A stretch of 32,000 bases of DNA from Candidatus Saccharimonadota bacterium (GCA_016699935.1 CP064992.1:270001-302000); one strand, 5' to 3'; shown: positions 9,570 through 18,787, counted from the first letter of the stretch. Numbers and translations: made by a program. Notes: a model not told the origin generated them from the sequence alone.

Positions 9570-9871
9570 ATACATCCATAGATAGCGAACAAATCGATAA
9601 GCAACTCCATGTTGTGCTCACCTCTTTTCGGAGACACATGGCGATTCTGTTTTTCCTGCTGCTGACCAGTCTCTATGCATTTCTAATCTGGCGCATTAAT
9701 GTGCTCAGCAGCGCTCCGCCAAGTCAGGAAGACATATCGTCGGCAACACAAAGCGCTCCAAAGCCAAAGATTTCTGAGGAAGTTGTTAGAACGCTACAAG
9801 GCCTAGAAGATAACAGTGTGCGGGTTCAAGCTATCTTCAACCAAGCGCGACAAAATCCCTTCCAGGAGTAA
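9566..9871 (+). CDS. small single-pass membrane protein, last gene of the pilM operon
   Basis: The 101-aa ORF starts with an ATGA overlap on the preceding gene and has one TM helix (MAILFFLLLTSLYAFLIW). I recognise no family. Confidence 0.5.
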   Translation: MNTSIDSEQIDKQLHVVLTSFRRHMAILFFLLLTSLYAFLIWRINVLSSAPPSQEDISSATQSAPKPKISEEVVRTLQGLEDNSVRVQAIFNQARQNPFQE

Positions 9872-9909
9872 GCAAACACCCCACCCCAAAAGCTACGCTA
9901 TCGCTTGCT

Positions 9910-9929
9910 AGCACCTCCGGTGCTTTTTA
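9910..9929 (+). terminator. weak candidate terminator after the pil operon
   Basis: AGCACC tcc GGTGCT (6-bp stem) is followed by TTTTT. Confidence 0.35.
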
Positions 9930-9966
9930 GTGTGTAACTGGGATGCGTATGTCGAGCTAAGGTGAA

Positions 9967-10635
9967 TTATGACTTCACGTCAGGCTGATCGTCGTTCGTT
10001 TGCTGATTGGAAGCAACTAATTGAACTTCTTCGTTGGCACGGGCTTGATACTGCTGGTAATCAAGAAACTTTTGGTAATCCGCGGCATCGACTGTGACGC
10101 TATGAGATTGCTGACCTTCTTTTCTAATAGAAGTCGGTAGTCGGCCACTTTCGAGCGCGGCAATGAAGTTTTCGTGTGCTTCTATCAACACTTTCGATGC
10201 TGCGTCTGGATTTGGGATGGCCGAAAATGTATAGTTTGCCTGTTCGCCTGGTGTTTCAACAGTAACCGCACCAAACCCTAGCAATGACCCAAAAAAGTCC
10301 TTGCGCACAGACACATCCGCCACGTGCTGCAAGCTGAGCTGCGATATTTTGCTCCCAAATAAACTTGGTTGAAGCACCTGCAGAACTGCTTCATCGGTCA
10401 CGACGAACTGTTCCTGCGATTTCAGCCACGCTGGTATAGTTGTTGCAATTGCTGCGAGTGCGCTAAAGAAACCTGCGCTAGCAAGAATTATAGATCGGTA
10501 TTGATTGGTGGCACTCTCTGCGTCAGCCGTTGGTGCCGTAAATGCAAGCGCCGATGCCATAATAGCAATCACTGCAAAAAACCCGACAAACCATATCGAC
10601 ACATACACAAACCAGTGGTGTCGAAACACTCCCAA
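9967..10635 (-). CDS. membrane protein with bacterial PH (YdbS/YdbT-like) domain
   Basis: Two N-terminal TM helices are followed by FVVTDEAVLQV...VSVRKDFFGSLLGFGAVTVETPG...FSAIPNP, the typical bPH_2 pattern. Confidence 0.55.
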   Translation of the reverse strand: MGVFRHHWFVYVSIWFVGFFAVIAIMASALAFTAPTADAESATNQYRSIILASAGFFSALAAIATTIPAWLKSQEQFVVTDEAVLQVLQPSLFGSKISQLSLQHVADVSVRKDFFGSLLGFGAVTVETPGEQANYTFSAIPNPDAASKVLIEAHENFIAALESGRLPTSIRKEGQQSHSVTVDAADYQKFLDYQQYQARANEEVQLVASNQQTNDDQPDVKS

Positions 10636-10710
10636 ATTTCCTCGTCTTCGCCTATTGGAAGACGCTTATGGAGGCGTTCATTCACTTTTGGGTCTATTGC
10701 CATAGGTGCA

Positions 10711-11750
10711 TTATACCAAACTTGTCTGGGAAGTGCCTTTTTCCTCTGTTGGTTTCACCCCAAGATGCTTATAGGCCTTTTGGGTGACTTTCCGGCCACG
10801 AGGTGTACGTTCTAGCAACCCAATCTGTAAAGGTACGGTTCGATAAAATCTTCGATAGTGCTTCGCTCTTCAGCAGTCATAGCGGCAATAGTCTCGACGC
10901 CAACCGGTCCACCTGCATAATTTTCTATAATGGCTTCTAATATCATCCGATCGGCCGGGTCCAAGCCCAACTCGTCAATCTCGAGTAACTCCAGCGCTTT
11001 TGTGCTGATTTCTGTGTCGACAATCCCATCTCCGTTGACATCGGCATAGTCACGAACACGCTTCAGTAACCTGTTTGCTATTCGCGGTGTCAGTCGACTT
11101 CGCTCGGCTAGCTTGAGTGCTGCCGCCGAATCGATTTTGACCCCAAAATACCAGAAGCCCGTTTTATTATGTCTTGCACTTCAGCGTGAGTATAAAACTC
11201 TAGTCTATGGACATGACCAAATCGATCGCGAAGTGGCGCAGCAAGGGCACCAGTACGTGTTGTCGCCCCTATGAGGGTAAACTTTGGCAAATCGAGTCGC
11301 ATGCTACGAGCGCTCGGGCCTTTGCCGAGCATAATGTCTAGCTTGTAATCTTCCATCGCCGAATACAGCACTTCTTCAACGGTGCGATGTAGCCGATGAA
11401 TTTCATCTATGAAAAGGATGTCGCCGTCCTGCAAGTTCGTCAGCAAACTGGCAAGATCACCGGCACGTTCGATAGCTGGACCGGAGGTTATGCGAATCTG
11501 GGCGCCCATTTCATTGGCAATCACGCTTGCCATGGTGGTCTTACCTAGTCCCGGCGGGCCGTAGAGCAGAACATGGTCGAGTGGTTCACCGCGTTTTTGG
11601 CAGCTGTTATCGCTAGCTGAATGTTTTTCTTCAGCCGTTCTTGGCCAATATAGTTGGCAAAATCATGCGGTCGCAGCTTCAGCTCAAACTCAACCTCATC
11701 TGCCGAGTCATCATCTACCACAGCCGTTTTACAATCCGCTCAATTGCCAT
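10711..11750 (-). CDS. ruvB: Holliday junction branch migration helicase RuvB; four frame disruptions
   Basis: The core ORF is 11108..11533 ([18 protein letters not shown]). The upstream frames give [15 protein letters not shown]...[44 protein letters not shown]. The downstream frames give ...[35 protein letters not shown]...[28 protein letters not shown]...*. The joins fall at the runs 11727-11730, 11594-11598, 11141-11144 and 10829-10831. Confidence 0.95.
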
Positions 11751-11814
11751 GGTTATAGTGTACCAGCAACTAGATACTAGTAGGAACTAAAAGCCGAACG
11801 AAGTACCAATGCTA

Positions 11815-12696
11815 TCAATGCTGGCCCAACAAAGGTAAAGAAAAATAAAAGTAGTAAAATGATTTTGAGCCATGAGTGACCGCCACTTCGTAGCGCTGTT
11901 TCTGTTTTTCCTCAAGCTCTGGATGTTTTTGAATATATAATCTGTACATGCCGATCACCACTATGCTGAGCGTCACGTCTACGATTGCCGATGCTGCAAG
12001 CAACCTTCCGTAAAAACCACTGAGTATGCTAGAACCGTCTGGAGCATACACGACGCCAAGTATGAGACAGGCCACAATAACCATGAATAAATAGTTTACT
12101 CGTACATATGAACGAACCTTTTCGAACTGAACCTGAATATCCATGAGCGATTTGCCATGAAGCACTAAAAATAGGCTAACTATATACGTGGCGTACAGGC
12201 GTGCAGCCAGACCGCCGTCCATTACTCCCCATATACCCATAACTGACGTAAAGAAACTGAGCATCGCTACAACCATGGAGGTGTTTATGACCATGTTTGT
12301 TGAACGAACAAGAAGCGGGTTGTTTGTAGCTGTTGTCGATACGATACCAAACAAGAGCGCTGTATGAATCATGGCCGAGAAGACAGTCCACACCGCCCGC
12401 CAACCAGCATCGCCCATTGAGCCAGCAAGTACTGCCACGACAGCAACACCCGCGGCTGCAATAACACAACCGAGCATGATTTTTAGGAGCAACGATCGTA
12501 GGTTTTGAGTATTTTCACTTGGCTGATGCTGCAACAATGCCTCACTATGTGCTTGATGCGAGTTTAGATTTTGATCCGGTTGTACCGTCAGATGCGGTTG
12601 TACGGTCAGTTGCGGCTGTACCGTCAGATCCGGTTGTACCGTCATATCCGGTTGGGTTTCTTGAGTAGGTTGAGCTTGTAAATCCTGTGGTTGCAT
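11815..12696 (-). CDS. multi-pass membrane protein with an N-terminal hexapeptide repeat, unknown function
   Basis: The 293-aa ORF has an N-terminus with (L/M)TVQP(D/Q/H) x4, followed by at least 6 predicted TM helices. I recognise no family. Confidence 0.55.
   Translation of the reverse strand: MQPQDLQAQPTQETQPDMTVQPDLTVQPQLTVQPHLTVQPDQNLNSHQAHSEALLQHQPSENTQNLRSLLLKIMLGCVIAAAGVAVVAVLAGSMGDAGWRAVWTVFSAMIHTALLFGIVSTTATNNPLLVRSTNMVINTSMVVAMLSFFTSVMGIWGVMDGGLAARLYATYIVSLFLVLHGKSLMDIQVQFEKVRSYVRVNYLFMVIVACLILGVVYAPDGSSILSGFYGRLLAASAIVDVTLSIVVIGMYRLYIQKHPELEEKQKQRYEVAVTHGSKSFYYFYFSLPLLGQH
12576..12654. repeat. tandem 18-nt repeat, 4.4 copies, in-frame within the CDS
   Basis: The units are CCGGTTGTACCGTCAGAT, GCGGTTGTACGGTCAGTT, GCGGCTGTACCGTCAGAT, CCGGTTGTACCGTCATAT and a partial CCGGTTG. 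Confidence 0.9.
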
Positions 12697-12806
12697 AATC
12701 GATCCATTTTATATTTATTCTCTCTAGTATACACCCACAGAACAATTTTGCTTTGATGCTCTGAAAGCAAATACAACAAGAATTGAACAAGGTACGCATA
12801 CCAACC

Positions 12807-13625
12807 CTATGGCACGCGGGTAGGATCCCAGCAGGTTCGCAGGCTTTGGTCGAGTTGGGCGAGACGGTTCATGTCTTCTGCGTCTAGTTCAAAATCGAAG
12901 ATGTTGATGTTTTGCTGGATACGTTCCGGTGTGATGGACTTCGGTAGCACTACTAGACCTTTTTCGATGCACCAGCGCAGCATAATCTGTGCATAGCTTT
13001 TATGGTGTTTTTGGGCGATGGCAATGATGGTCGGGTCATCCATTTTCTTCCCGTGAGCGAGCGGGCTGTAGGCCTCTACCGCGATATTGTTCTCGCGGCA
13101 GTACTCAAGCAGCTCCGGCTGCTGCAAAAAGACATGCAATTCCACTTGGTTGACCACTGGCATCTCTGTAGCGTACAACTTCATTTCCTCTAGATGTTTG
13201 ACCGTGTAGTTGCTGACACCGATGCTTTTTGCCCCACCATCGGCCTTAATTTTTTCCAATTCTTTCCAGGCTTTTTTTCTCGCTATAGACACAGGGAAAT
13301 GCAGCAGAAGTAAATCTACATAGTCAGTTTGAAGGCGTGCGAGCGAACGTGGCACACTCCATGCTGTCTTGCCCACTGCGATGATTTCAGTGCGTACTTT
13401 GGTGGTCAACCAAATGTCCTCACGTTTCAAGTCCGCGTCAACCCAGCATTTACCAAGAAACTGCTCATTTTCATAGGCTTGTGCGCTATCAAAGTGCGTA
13501 TAGCCCGCTGCCAAACCAGTGTCAAATGAAATCTTAAACTCTGTTTCGTCCTTAACCCGCCATAACCCCAAGCCAACCTGCGGGATTTCCCGCCCATCAG
13601 CCAGTTTCAAATATGGTACTTTCAC
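12807..13625 (-). CDS. aldo/keto reductase (2,5-diketo-D-gluconate reductase-like)
   Basis: Intact 272-aa ORF with N-terminal IPQVGLGLWRV, HFDSAQAYENE, and LLLHFP. Confidence 0.85.
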   Translation of the reverse strand: MKVPYLKLADGREIPQVGLGLWRVKDETEFKISFDTGLAAGYTHFDSAQAYENEQFLGKCWVDADLKREDIWLTTKVRTEIIAVGKTAWSVPRSLARLQTDYVDLLLLHFPVSIARKKAWKELEKIKADGGAKSIGVSNYTVKHLEEMKLYATEMPVVNQVELHVFLQQPELLEYCRENNIAVEAYSPLAHGKKMDDPTIIAIAQKHHKSYAQIMLRWCIEKGLVVLPKSITPERIQQNINIFDFELDAEDMNRLAQLDQSLRTCWDPTRVP

Positions 13626-14002
13626 GTTACCCCCTCGATTTTATGCAACAACTCAGCTTCATCCCGCCAAAAAACAAGTTTTTCGGCCGTAGCAAAAAGC
13701 TTAGATTCCGAGCCTTCCTGAGCAAAAATCCAGATAGGTTTTCGGCCGTAAGCATAGCCAACCTCGGCTGACATCCCTTCGCTGGCTGGGCCAGGTTTAT
13801 AAATAACGATTAGTACATCACTCTCGGCGATGTGGCCAAAGGCACGTAACAGTTTTTTGTTGTCATCTGGCTGAGGCGCCGCCAGTTCGGTTAGGTACGG
13901 TTCAATACCTGCTGTTTCAAGTGATGTCTTGAGTTTTGTAAGAAATTCTCTTAATTCTACCCTGCCTTCACCTGAAACTCTTGTTGCAACAAATGCTTTC
14001 AT
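13622..14002 (-). CDS. nucleoside 2-deoxyribosyltransferase-like protein
   Basis: The 126-aa ORF has the fold signature ...DVLIVIYKPGPASEGMSAEVGYAYGRKPIWIF. Its stop overlaps the downstream AKR start. Confidence 0.55.
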   Translation of the reverse strand: MKAFVATRVSGEGRVELREFLTKLKTSLETAGIEPYLTELAAPQPDDNKKLLRAFGHIAESDVLIVIYKPGPASEGMSAEVGYAYGRKPIWIFAQEGSESKLFATAEKLVFWRDEAELLHKIEGVT

Positions 14003-14011
14003 AATAACTCC

Positions 14012-14896
14012 TTACGGCTTAATGTCGGCCTCGTAGTCTAGTGACACACGATCCGAGATGAGTCTCTGATTTGGAAATTCCTCGGCTAGTTTTTGCCAGT
14101 CATCCTGACTTAACTCCCAGCCGAGGGCGCCGAGATTTTCGTCGAGATGCTCAGGGGTAGATGTCTTTGGTATGGTAATGACATACGGCTGCATGATGAG
14201 CCAATTTAGCGCTACCTGATACGCTGTTTTGCCATATTTTTGGGCCATGTCGTGTAGTATTTTTGCCTTTTTGAGCACACCCTTACTTAGCGGACCCCAA
14301 GCGGTCACAAAAATATCGTTCTCTTGGCAGTACTGCAAAATACCTTTGTCCGTTATTTCGCGGCAGTCCAGACTAAAGTGAAGTTGGTTGCATACAAGCG
14401 TATTTGCAGTATGTTTTTGCGCTTCCGTGTATCGATTTACAGTCATATTACACACACCGATGTGCCGCACCATGCCTTCCTCAACAAGACGATCCATCGC
14501 CCGCATCGTGTCATGGATGTTCGTGCCAGTGTCTGGAAAACGGTGCAGAAGGTACAAATCAAGGTAGTCAGTTTTGAGCCGTTTCAAGCTCGCCTCACAC
14601 GAACGTAGGAGATCGTCATATTTCTGATGGTTACCAGAAACTTTAGAAACGATAAACAGTCTAGAACGGTCAATCCCTTGTGTTGCAGTCGCAATGAGCT
14701 CCTCAGCGTGCCCATCACCATAGCTCTCTGCTGTATCTAGATGTGTGATTCCATTTTCCAAAGCGTAGCGTATGGCACGAATCTCTTTATCGTCTTGCGA
14801 GGTGTCGGTTTCCCACCGCCCGCCCATCTGCCATGTTCCCAAACCGTACACCGGCAACGAAAATCCAGTTTTTAGTGTTTTCGTAGGTATGGTCAT
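14012..14896 (-). CDS. aldo/keto reductase
   Basis: Intact 294-aa ORF with LPVYGLGTWQMGG, HLDTAESYGDGHAEE, and YLLHRFP. Confidence 0.85.
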   Translation of the reverse strand: MTIPTKTLKTGFSLPVYGLGTWQMGGRWETDTSQDDKEIRAIRYALENGITHLDTAESYGDGHAEELIATATQGIDRSRLFIVSKVSGNHQKYDDLLRSCEASLKRLKTDYLDLYLLHRFPDTGTNIHDTMRAMDRLVEEGMVRHIGVCNMTVNRYTEAQKHTANTLVCNQLHFSLDCREITDKGILQYCQENDIFVTAWGPLSKGVLKKAKILHDMAQKYGKTAYQVALNWLIMQPYVITIPKTSTPEHLDENLGALGWELSQDDWQKLAEEFPNQRLISDRVSLDYEADIKP

Positions 14897-15470
14897 ATGA
14901 ACCTTTCAAAGCTTGTTTAATCCGTTCCTCAGCTGGAAGTGACTTTTCGATTTTTTGCAGGGCGATAGTGGCGTCTTGCGGAGAGTAGCCTAGCGAAACG
15001 AGTGCTTCTACTGCTTCATCTTGATTATTGACACCAGGGCGATAGACAACATCCTCGGCAGAAGCCCCAGGTGCGAGACCTACTTTATCTCGCAGTTCTA
15101 CCACGATTTGCTCGGCGGCACGTTTGCCGACACCTTTGGCGCTTTGCAGGAGTTTAACGTCCCCAGCCGCAATTGCCCCACGCACCGTTGCGGCAGACCC
15201 AAGGTCAAGCACTGCCATCGCCACCTTCGGGCCCACGTTCTTGACGCCAAGCAACTGTTCAAACAATTTCTTCGTATCTACCAATAAAAACCCAAAAAGA
15301 TCATACCCCTGCTCCCGAATATGCTCATAGACGTACAGCTTAGCTTCTTTCCCATCGGCCATTTTGCCAAAATCCTCACTCGTCACACTCAACCCATACC
15401 CCACCCCTTCTACGTCCAACACAACCCCCTCAACAGTCTTTTCTACAATTCCCCGTAAACTTGCAATCAT
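14893..15470 (-). CDS. ruvA: Holliday junction DNA helicase subunit RuvA (probable 1-nt error near 14904-14906 hides the true stop)
   Basis: MIASLRGIVEKTVEGVVLDVEGVGYGL starts at the ATG at 15470, and the HhH motifs (GVKNVGPKVAMAVL, AKGVGKRAAEQIV) are present. As written, the frame runs on to 14787 and overlaps the AKR gene by 110 nt. Restoring one base gives ...IKQALKRFI* with an ATGA overlap on the AKR start and a typical 192-aa length. Confidence 0.9.
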
Positions 15471-15495
15471 ACCCCCATTATCCCACACTCCTTCT

Positions 15496-15578
15496 GCGTC
15501 AAGGACGGACCCTGACGCGTACAAATAACGAACATCTCGCAAGCCTCTACTGCTTGCGTCAGGGTCCGTCCTTGACGC
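15496..15578. repeat. REPIN-like inverted doublet (23-nt units at 15496-15518 and 15556-15578, 37-nt spacer)
   Basis: The two units are exact reverse complements of each other. Each unit is itself an imperfect hairpin (GCGTCA..GG / CC..TGACGC). Confidence 0.85.
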
Positions 15579-15589
15579 ATACTGTGACT

Positions 15590-16269
15590 ATGCCCGGGAA
15601 AAACATTATCAAACAATATGCACCAGATAGTTACTATCACATATACACAAGGGTGTAAATAAAAACATCACCTTTGACGGCGAGACTGATTTTAATGTAT
15701 TTATCGGTTTATTTAAGCGCTATCTTTCGACGCAATCGGTAAAAGCAATACCAGGCATACCTATCCCTCTTTCAATAATCGTCTTGAACTTCTCTCGTAT
15801 GCCTTAATGCCAAACCATATACATCTTTTTGTTTACCAGCACGACGAATACGCCATACGTGACTTCATGCGAGCTTTACTTACCAGCTATTGTATGCAAT
15901 ATAATAAAGTCCACAAGAGTCGGCCCACTTTTCCAAAGTCGCTACCGCGCTAGTTTGATAGGTGATGATGCATATCTCCAGCATATTTCACGTTATATCC
16001 ATCTGAACCCCAGCGACTGGAAAACTTCCGATAAAACAAGTCTCGATTTTTACCTCGGAAAAAGGTACGCCGACTGGATTAATACAGAACGAGTTATGGA
16101 GCACTTTTCGACAGCCGAAGCCTACATGAAATTCTTGGAGGATTATGAAGATGTCAACAAAATGTACGATGAGATAAAGTGGGATCTCGCCACCATAGAA
16201 GACTCCAACAACGAAGACGAGGCACCATATGAGATGTACGTGCGTCAAGGACGGACCCTGACGCAGTGA
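15590..16269 (+). CDS. Y1 (HUH) transposase, RAYT/IS200-like paralog; at least 3 frame disruptions (possibly a pseudogene)
   Basis: Reading across frames gives MPGKNIIKQYAPDSYYHIYTRG..., the HUH motif LMPNHIHLF, ...RVGPLFQSRYRASLIGDDAYLQHISRYIHLNPSDW... and ...AEAYMKFLEDYEDVNKMYDEIKWDLA. By eye it is about 45-50% identical to the 2373..2989 product. The last 9 codons are encoded by the 3' repeat unit. Confidence 0.7.
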
Positions 16270-16299
16270 CTTTTTGCGTCAGGGTCCGTCCTTGACGCA
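16243..16299. repeat. REPIN-like inverted doublet (23-nt units at 16243-16265 and 16277-16299, 11-nt spacer)
   Basis: The pair forms a perfect 23-bp hairpin lying 12 nt beyond the ruvC stop. The units have the same sequence as those at 15496..15578. Confidence 0.85.
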
Positions 16300-16310
16300 A
16301 AAAATGGGGG

Positions 16311-16787
16311 CTACGTGAGTTTGCGGGATTGGGCGTGGGTGAGAGCGGCGGCAAGGGCGTCGGCACAGTCATCAGGCTTGGGTACCTCAGTAAGACCAAG
16401 ATGGATGCGAACCATTTCTTGTATCTGTTTTTTATCTGCTCGGCCGTAGCCTGTTATGGCCATTTTTATCTGTAATGGAGTGTACTCAGAGATCTCCAAA
16501 CCGCTTTGGCTACCACATAGCAGTACCACACCGCGGGCCTGCGCCACTGTCATGGCTGTTGTCACATTGCGCGCAAAAAACAGCTTTTCTACAGCCATGT
16601 GCGTTGGGCTTGTCTGTACAATAATGTCTGTCAGCTCATCATAAATCGTCTGCAAGCGCACAACGTCATCTTCGTGTGCAGGTGTTCGTATCACACCGGC
16701 ATCAACCAGCTGTGTTTTGCCACCGGTGACGTCGATAACGCCAAAACCCAATATACCCGTTCCCGGGTCAATCCCCAGTATTCTCAT
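16311..16787 (-). CDS. ruvC: crossover junction endodeoxyribonuclease RuvC
   Basis: Intact 158-aa ORF with MRILGIDPGTGILGFGVIDV and the conserved acidic residues. Confidence 0.95.
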   Translation of the reverse strand: MRILGIDPGTGILGFGVIDVTGGKTQLVDAGVIRTPAHEDDVVRLQTIYDELTDIIVQTSPTHMAVEKLFFARNVTTAMTVAQARGVVLLCGSQSGLEISEYTPLQIKMAITGYGRADKKQIQEMVRIHLGLTEVPKPDDCADALAAALTHAQSRKLT

Positions 16788-17211
16788 TTACTTTCACCTG
16801 GGATTCAGTTTTCTTCTCTGTTGTCTTCACTTTGACAGCCTGTTTTTGTGGCCGGTAAAATATCGTCACGGGCGCAAGTAGCGCAGCCACAAGGCCAAGC
16901 CAAAACACGACGTTTACGACCGCATAAAACACACTGAACCGCTGGATATCATAGGTTGCACTTTCGTAGTTGCCGCGTACATACGACACGACTTCTTTCT
17001 CGGCAACAGTTGCTGGAAACCCGTACCATTTACGCGTAAATTTCGCCGCATCCTGTGTAGCAACCTGATTCACCGACTCTCCATAATAAAAACCCTTCGG
17101 CACATCAACCTGTCGCTGCCTCACCGGTACAAACGCCAGTACCACGGATACAACTGCTACGAGCAGCAGAAAAGTCAGGAAAATAATCGTCGCACGCTTC
17201 AGCTCTTTCAT
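16768..17211 (-). CDS. membrane protein, unknown function
   Basis: The ATG at 17211 (MKELKRATIIFLTFLLLVAVVSVV...) is preferred over 17232. The protein has two TM helices. I recognise no family. Confidence 0.45.
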   Translation of the reverse strand: MKELKRATIIFLTFLLLVAVVSVVLAFVPVRQRQVDVPKGFYYGESVNQVATQDAAKFTRKWYGFPATVAEKEVVSYVRGNYESATYDIQRFSVFYAVVNVVFWLGLVAALLAPVTIFYRPQKQAVKVKTTEKKTESQVKVNENTGD

Positions 17212-17260
17212 ACCAGCATAGTAGCACGCCACGTCTCAAGAACAGTGATTAAGGATACGT

Positions 17261-18062
17261 TTACGGCAAGGCCGCTGCTCTAATAATATCTAGCATTTTG
17301 CCATGAACTATTCCGTTGCATGATACGAGTAAGCCATTTGCGAATTCGTCATAGCGACGCTCTTTGCCGAATATGTCACTTGAAACTCCTCCTGCCTCAC
17401 TCACCAGAAGCGAAACTGCGGCACTATCCCAAGGAGATCCGTATAGTAAGAATCCTGCTACAAAATTACCCCTCGCAACCTGTCTTGCTCCGTACACGGC
17501 GGAAATAAAGTTGAACCCACGCACATCGGCTGTATTCAGCCTGGTGATAATATCTCCGATGGAAACGGCTGGTTGAAGACCCCAAACTCCACTCCCTGAG
17601 AAATATACTGCCCAGTCAAATCTTTCGACTGGCTTGTACGGAGCGGCGTCTTGCCGCAGAACGCCCGCCGTTCTTTGTGGCAAACATGAGCTCATCGAGA
17701 TAGGGGTCATATGTTACTGAAACGTACGGCTGTCCGTCTTTTCTATGGACCAGTGCAATTGAAAAGGTACTCACAGGAATCCCGCAGCTGAACGGGCTTG
17801 TGCCGTCTATCGGGTCGACAACCCAGAGTAGCTCACGGTGCGGCTCGAAAGATGCTTCTTCACCAAGCACACCGTATGCTGGAAACTCTTTTTTTACGCG
17901 CTCAATAACGAGCGCATTGATTTGGGTATCAGCGACCGTCAGTGGCGTTAAATCTTGTTTGTGAGTAATGGCAAGTTCGTCAGAGCGAAAGTAGTGGCGC
18001 ATAATCGCGCCCGCTTCAAGTGCTAAAGATTTTGCAAATTGAAGCTCTTTTTCATGAGCCAT
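17261..18062 (-). CDS. inositol monophosphatase family protein (SuhB-like); one frame disruption near 17660-17673
   Basis: Fragment 17616..18062 carries EEASFEP...WVVDPIDGTSPF. Fragment 17261..17710 carries WDSAAVSLLVSEAGGVSSDIFG. These are the hallmark IMPase motifs. Confidence 0.85.
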
Positions 18063-18066
18063 TGGG

Positions 18067-18787
18067 CTACCCTAGAAGGCTTTCGGATATGTCGAAGTTG
18101 ACATGCGTATTTGCGACATCGTCGCAATCATCTAGAGCATCCATAAGACGCATGATCTTGCCGGCCGTATCACGATCGGTTATTTCAATGGTGGTATTTG
18201 GCACATAGGTAAGCGCCGCCTCCGTAATCTCAAAGCCACGTGCTTTCAAGCCATCTCGCACGCGAGCAAGCTCGGTATCGACAGTGTAAACTTCGCTAAC
18301 ATCACCCGTATCCTGCACGTCTTCCGCGCCAGCATCAAGCGCTTCGAGCATGAAATCATCTCCGATGGCTTTCACGACAATTAGCCCTTTGCGAGCAAAC
18401 TGAAATGCCACTGCGCCCTTTTCGGCGATGTTACCACCATGTTTACTAAACGCAAGGCGAACTTCTGGATACGTTCGGTTTAAGTTATCCGTCGCAACCT
18501 CAACCAGTATGGCGACGCCCCTGGGCCATAGCCCTCGTATAACACTTCCTGCAATTCTGCCGCAGATTTGTCTTTGATTCGGTCGATAGCCCGCTGGATA
18601 TTGGCATGCGGCATATTGGCAATTTTGCTTTATCTATAGCGAGTCGTAGCGCAAAGTTAGTTTCAGGGTCGGTGCCACTGCGCGCCGCAATTGCGATGGC
18701 ATTGCCGAGTTTAGTAAAAACAGCCCCCGCGCGGCATCTTTCGCACCTTTTTCGTTTTATCGTAGACCACTTGCTATGACCAGACAT
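18067..18787 (-). CDS. yebC: YebC/PmpR family DNA-binding regulator; several frame disruptions
   Basis: The N-terminus [48 protein letters not shown] is followed, in other frames, by ...[14 protein letters not shown]...YEGYGPGGVAILVE...[17 protein letters not shown]..., and then by the intact C-terminal fragment 18067..18411. Confidence 0.9.

Larger units (their letters stand above)
15496..16299 (+). mobile_element. second Y1-transposase unit: RAYT-like gene bracketed by inverted doublets of a 23-nt imperfect palindrome
   Basis: Four copies of GCGTCAAGGACGGACCCTGACGC or its reverse complement flank the gene as two head-to-head pairs. The unit lies between ruvA and ruvC. Confidence 0.6.

Noticed and set aside
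10369-10815. A Cys-rich 148-aa plus-strand ORF that resembles a small secreted or metal-binding protein.
   Set aside because: It lies entirely antisense to the PH-domain membrane gene and the ruvB 3' end, and it has no RBS. Its Cys and Arg richness is the expected artefact of reading GC-rich codons in reverse.
14787-14892. The long C-terminal tail of the RuvA ORF overlapping the aldo/keto reductase gene by 110 nt.
   Set aside because: The tail (SYDHTYENTKNWIFVAG...) has no RuvA homology and would make the protein about 35 aa too long. A 1-nt correction at 14904-14906 gives a normal-length RuvA ending in an ATGA overlap.
15496-16299. The possibility that the repeated 23-nt units form a CRISPR array.
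   Set aside because: There are only four copies. They alternate in orientation as inverted doublets, their spacing is irregular (37, about 660 and 11 nt), and they flank a transposase gene. This is REP/REPIN-like architecture, not direct repeats with spacers.
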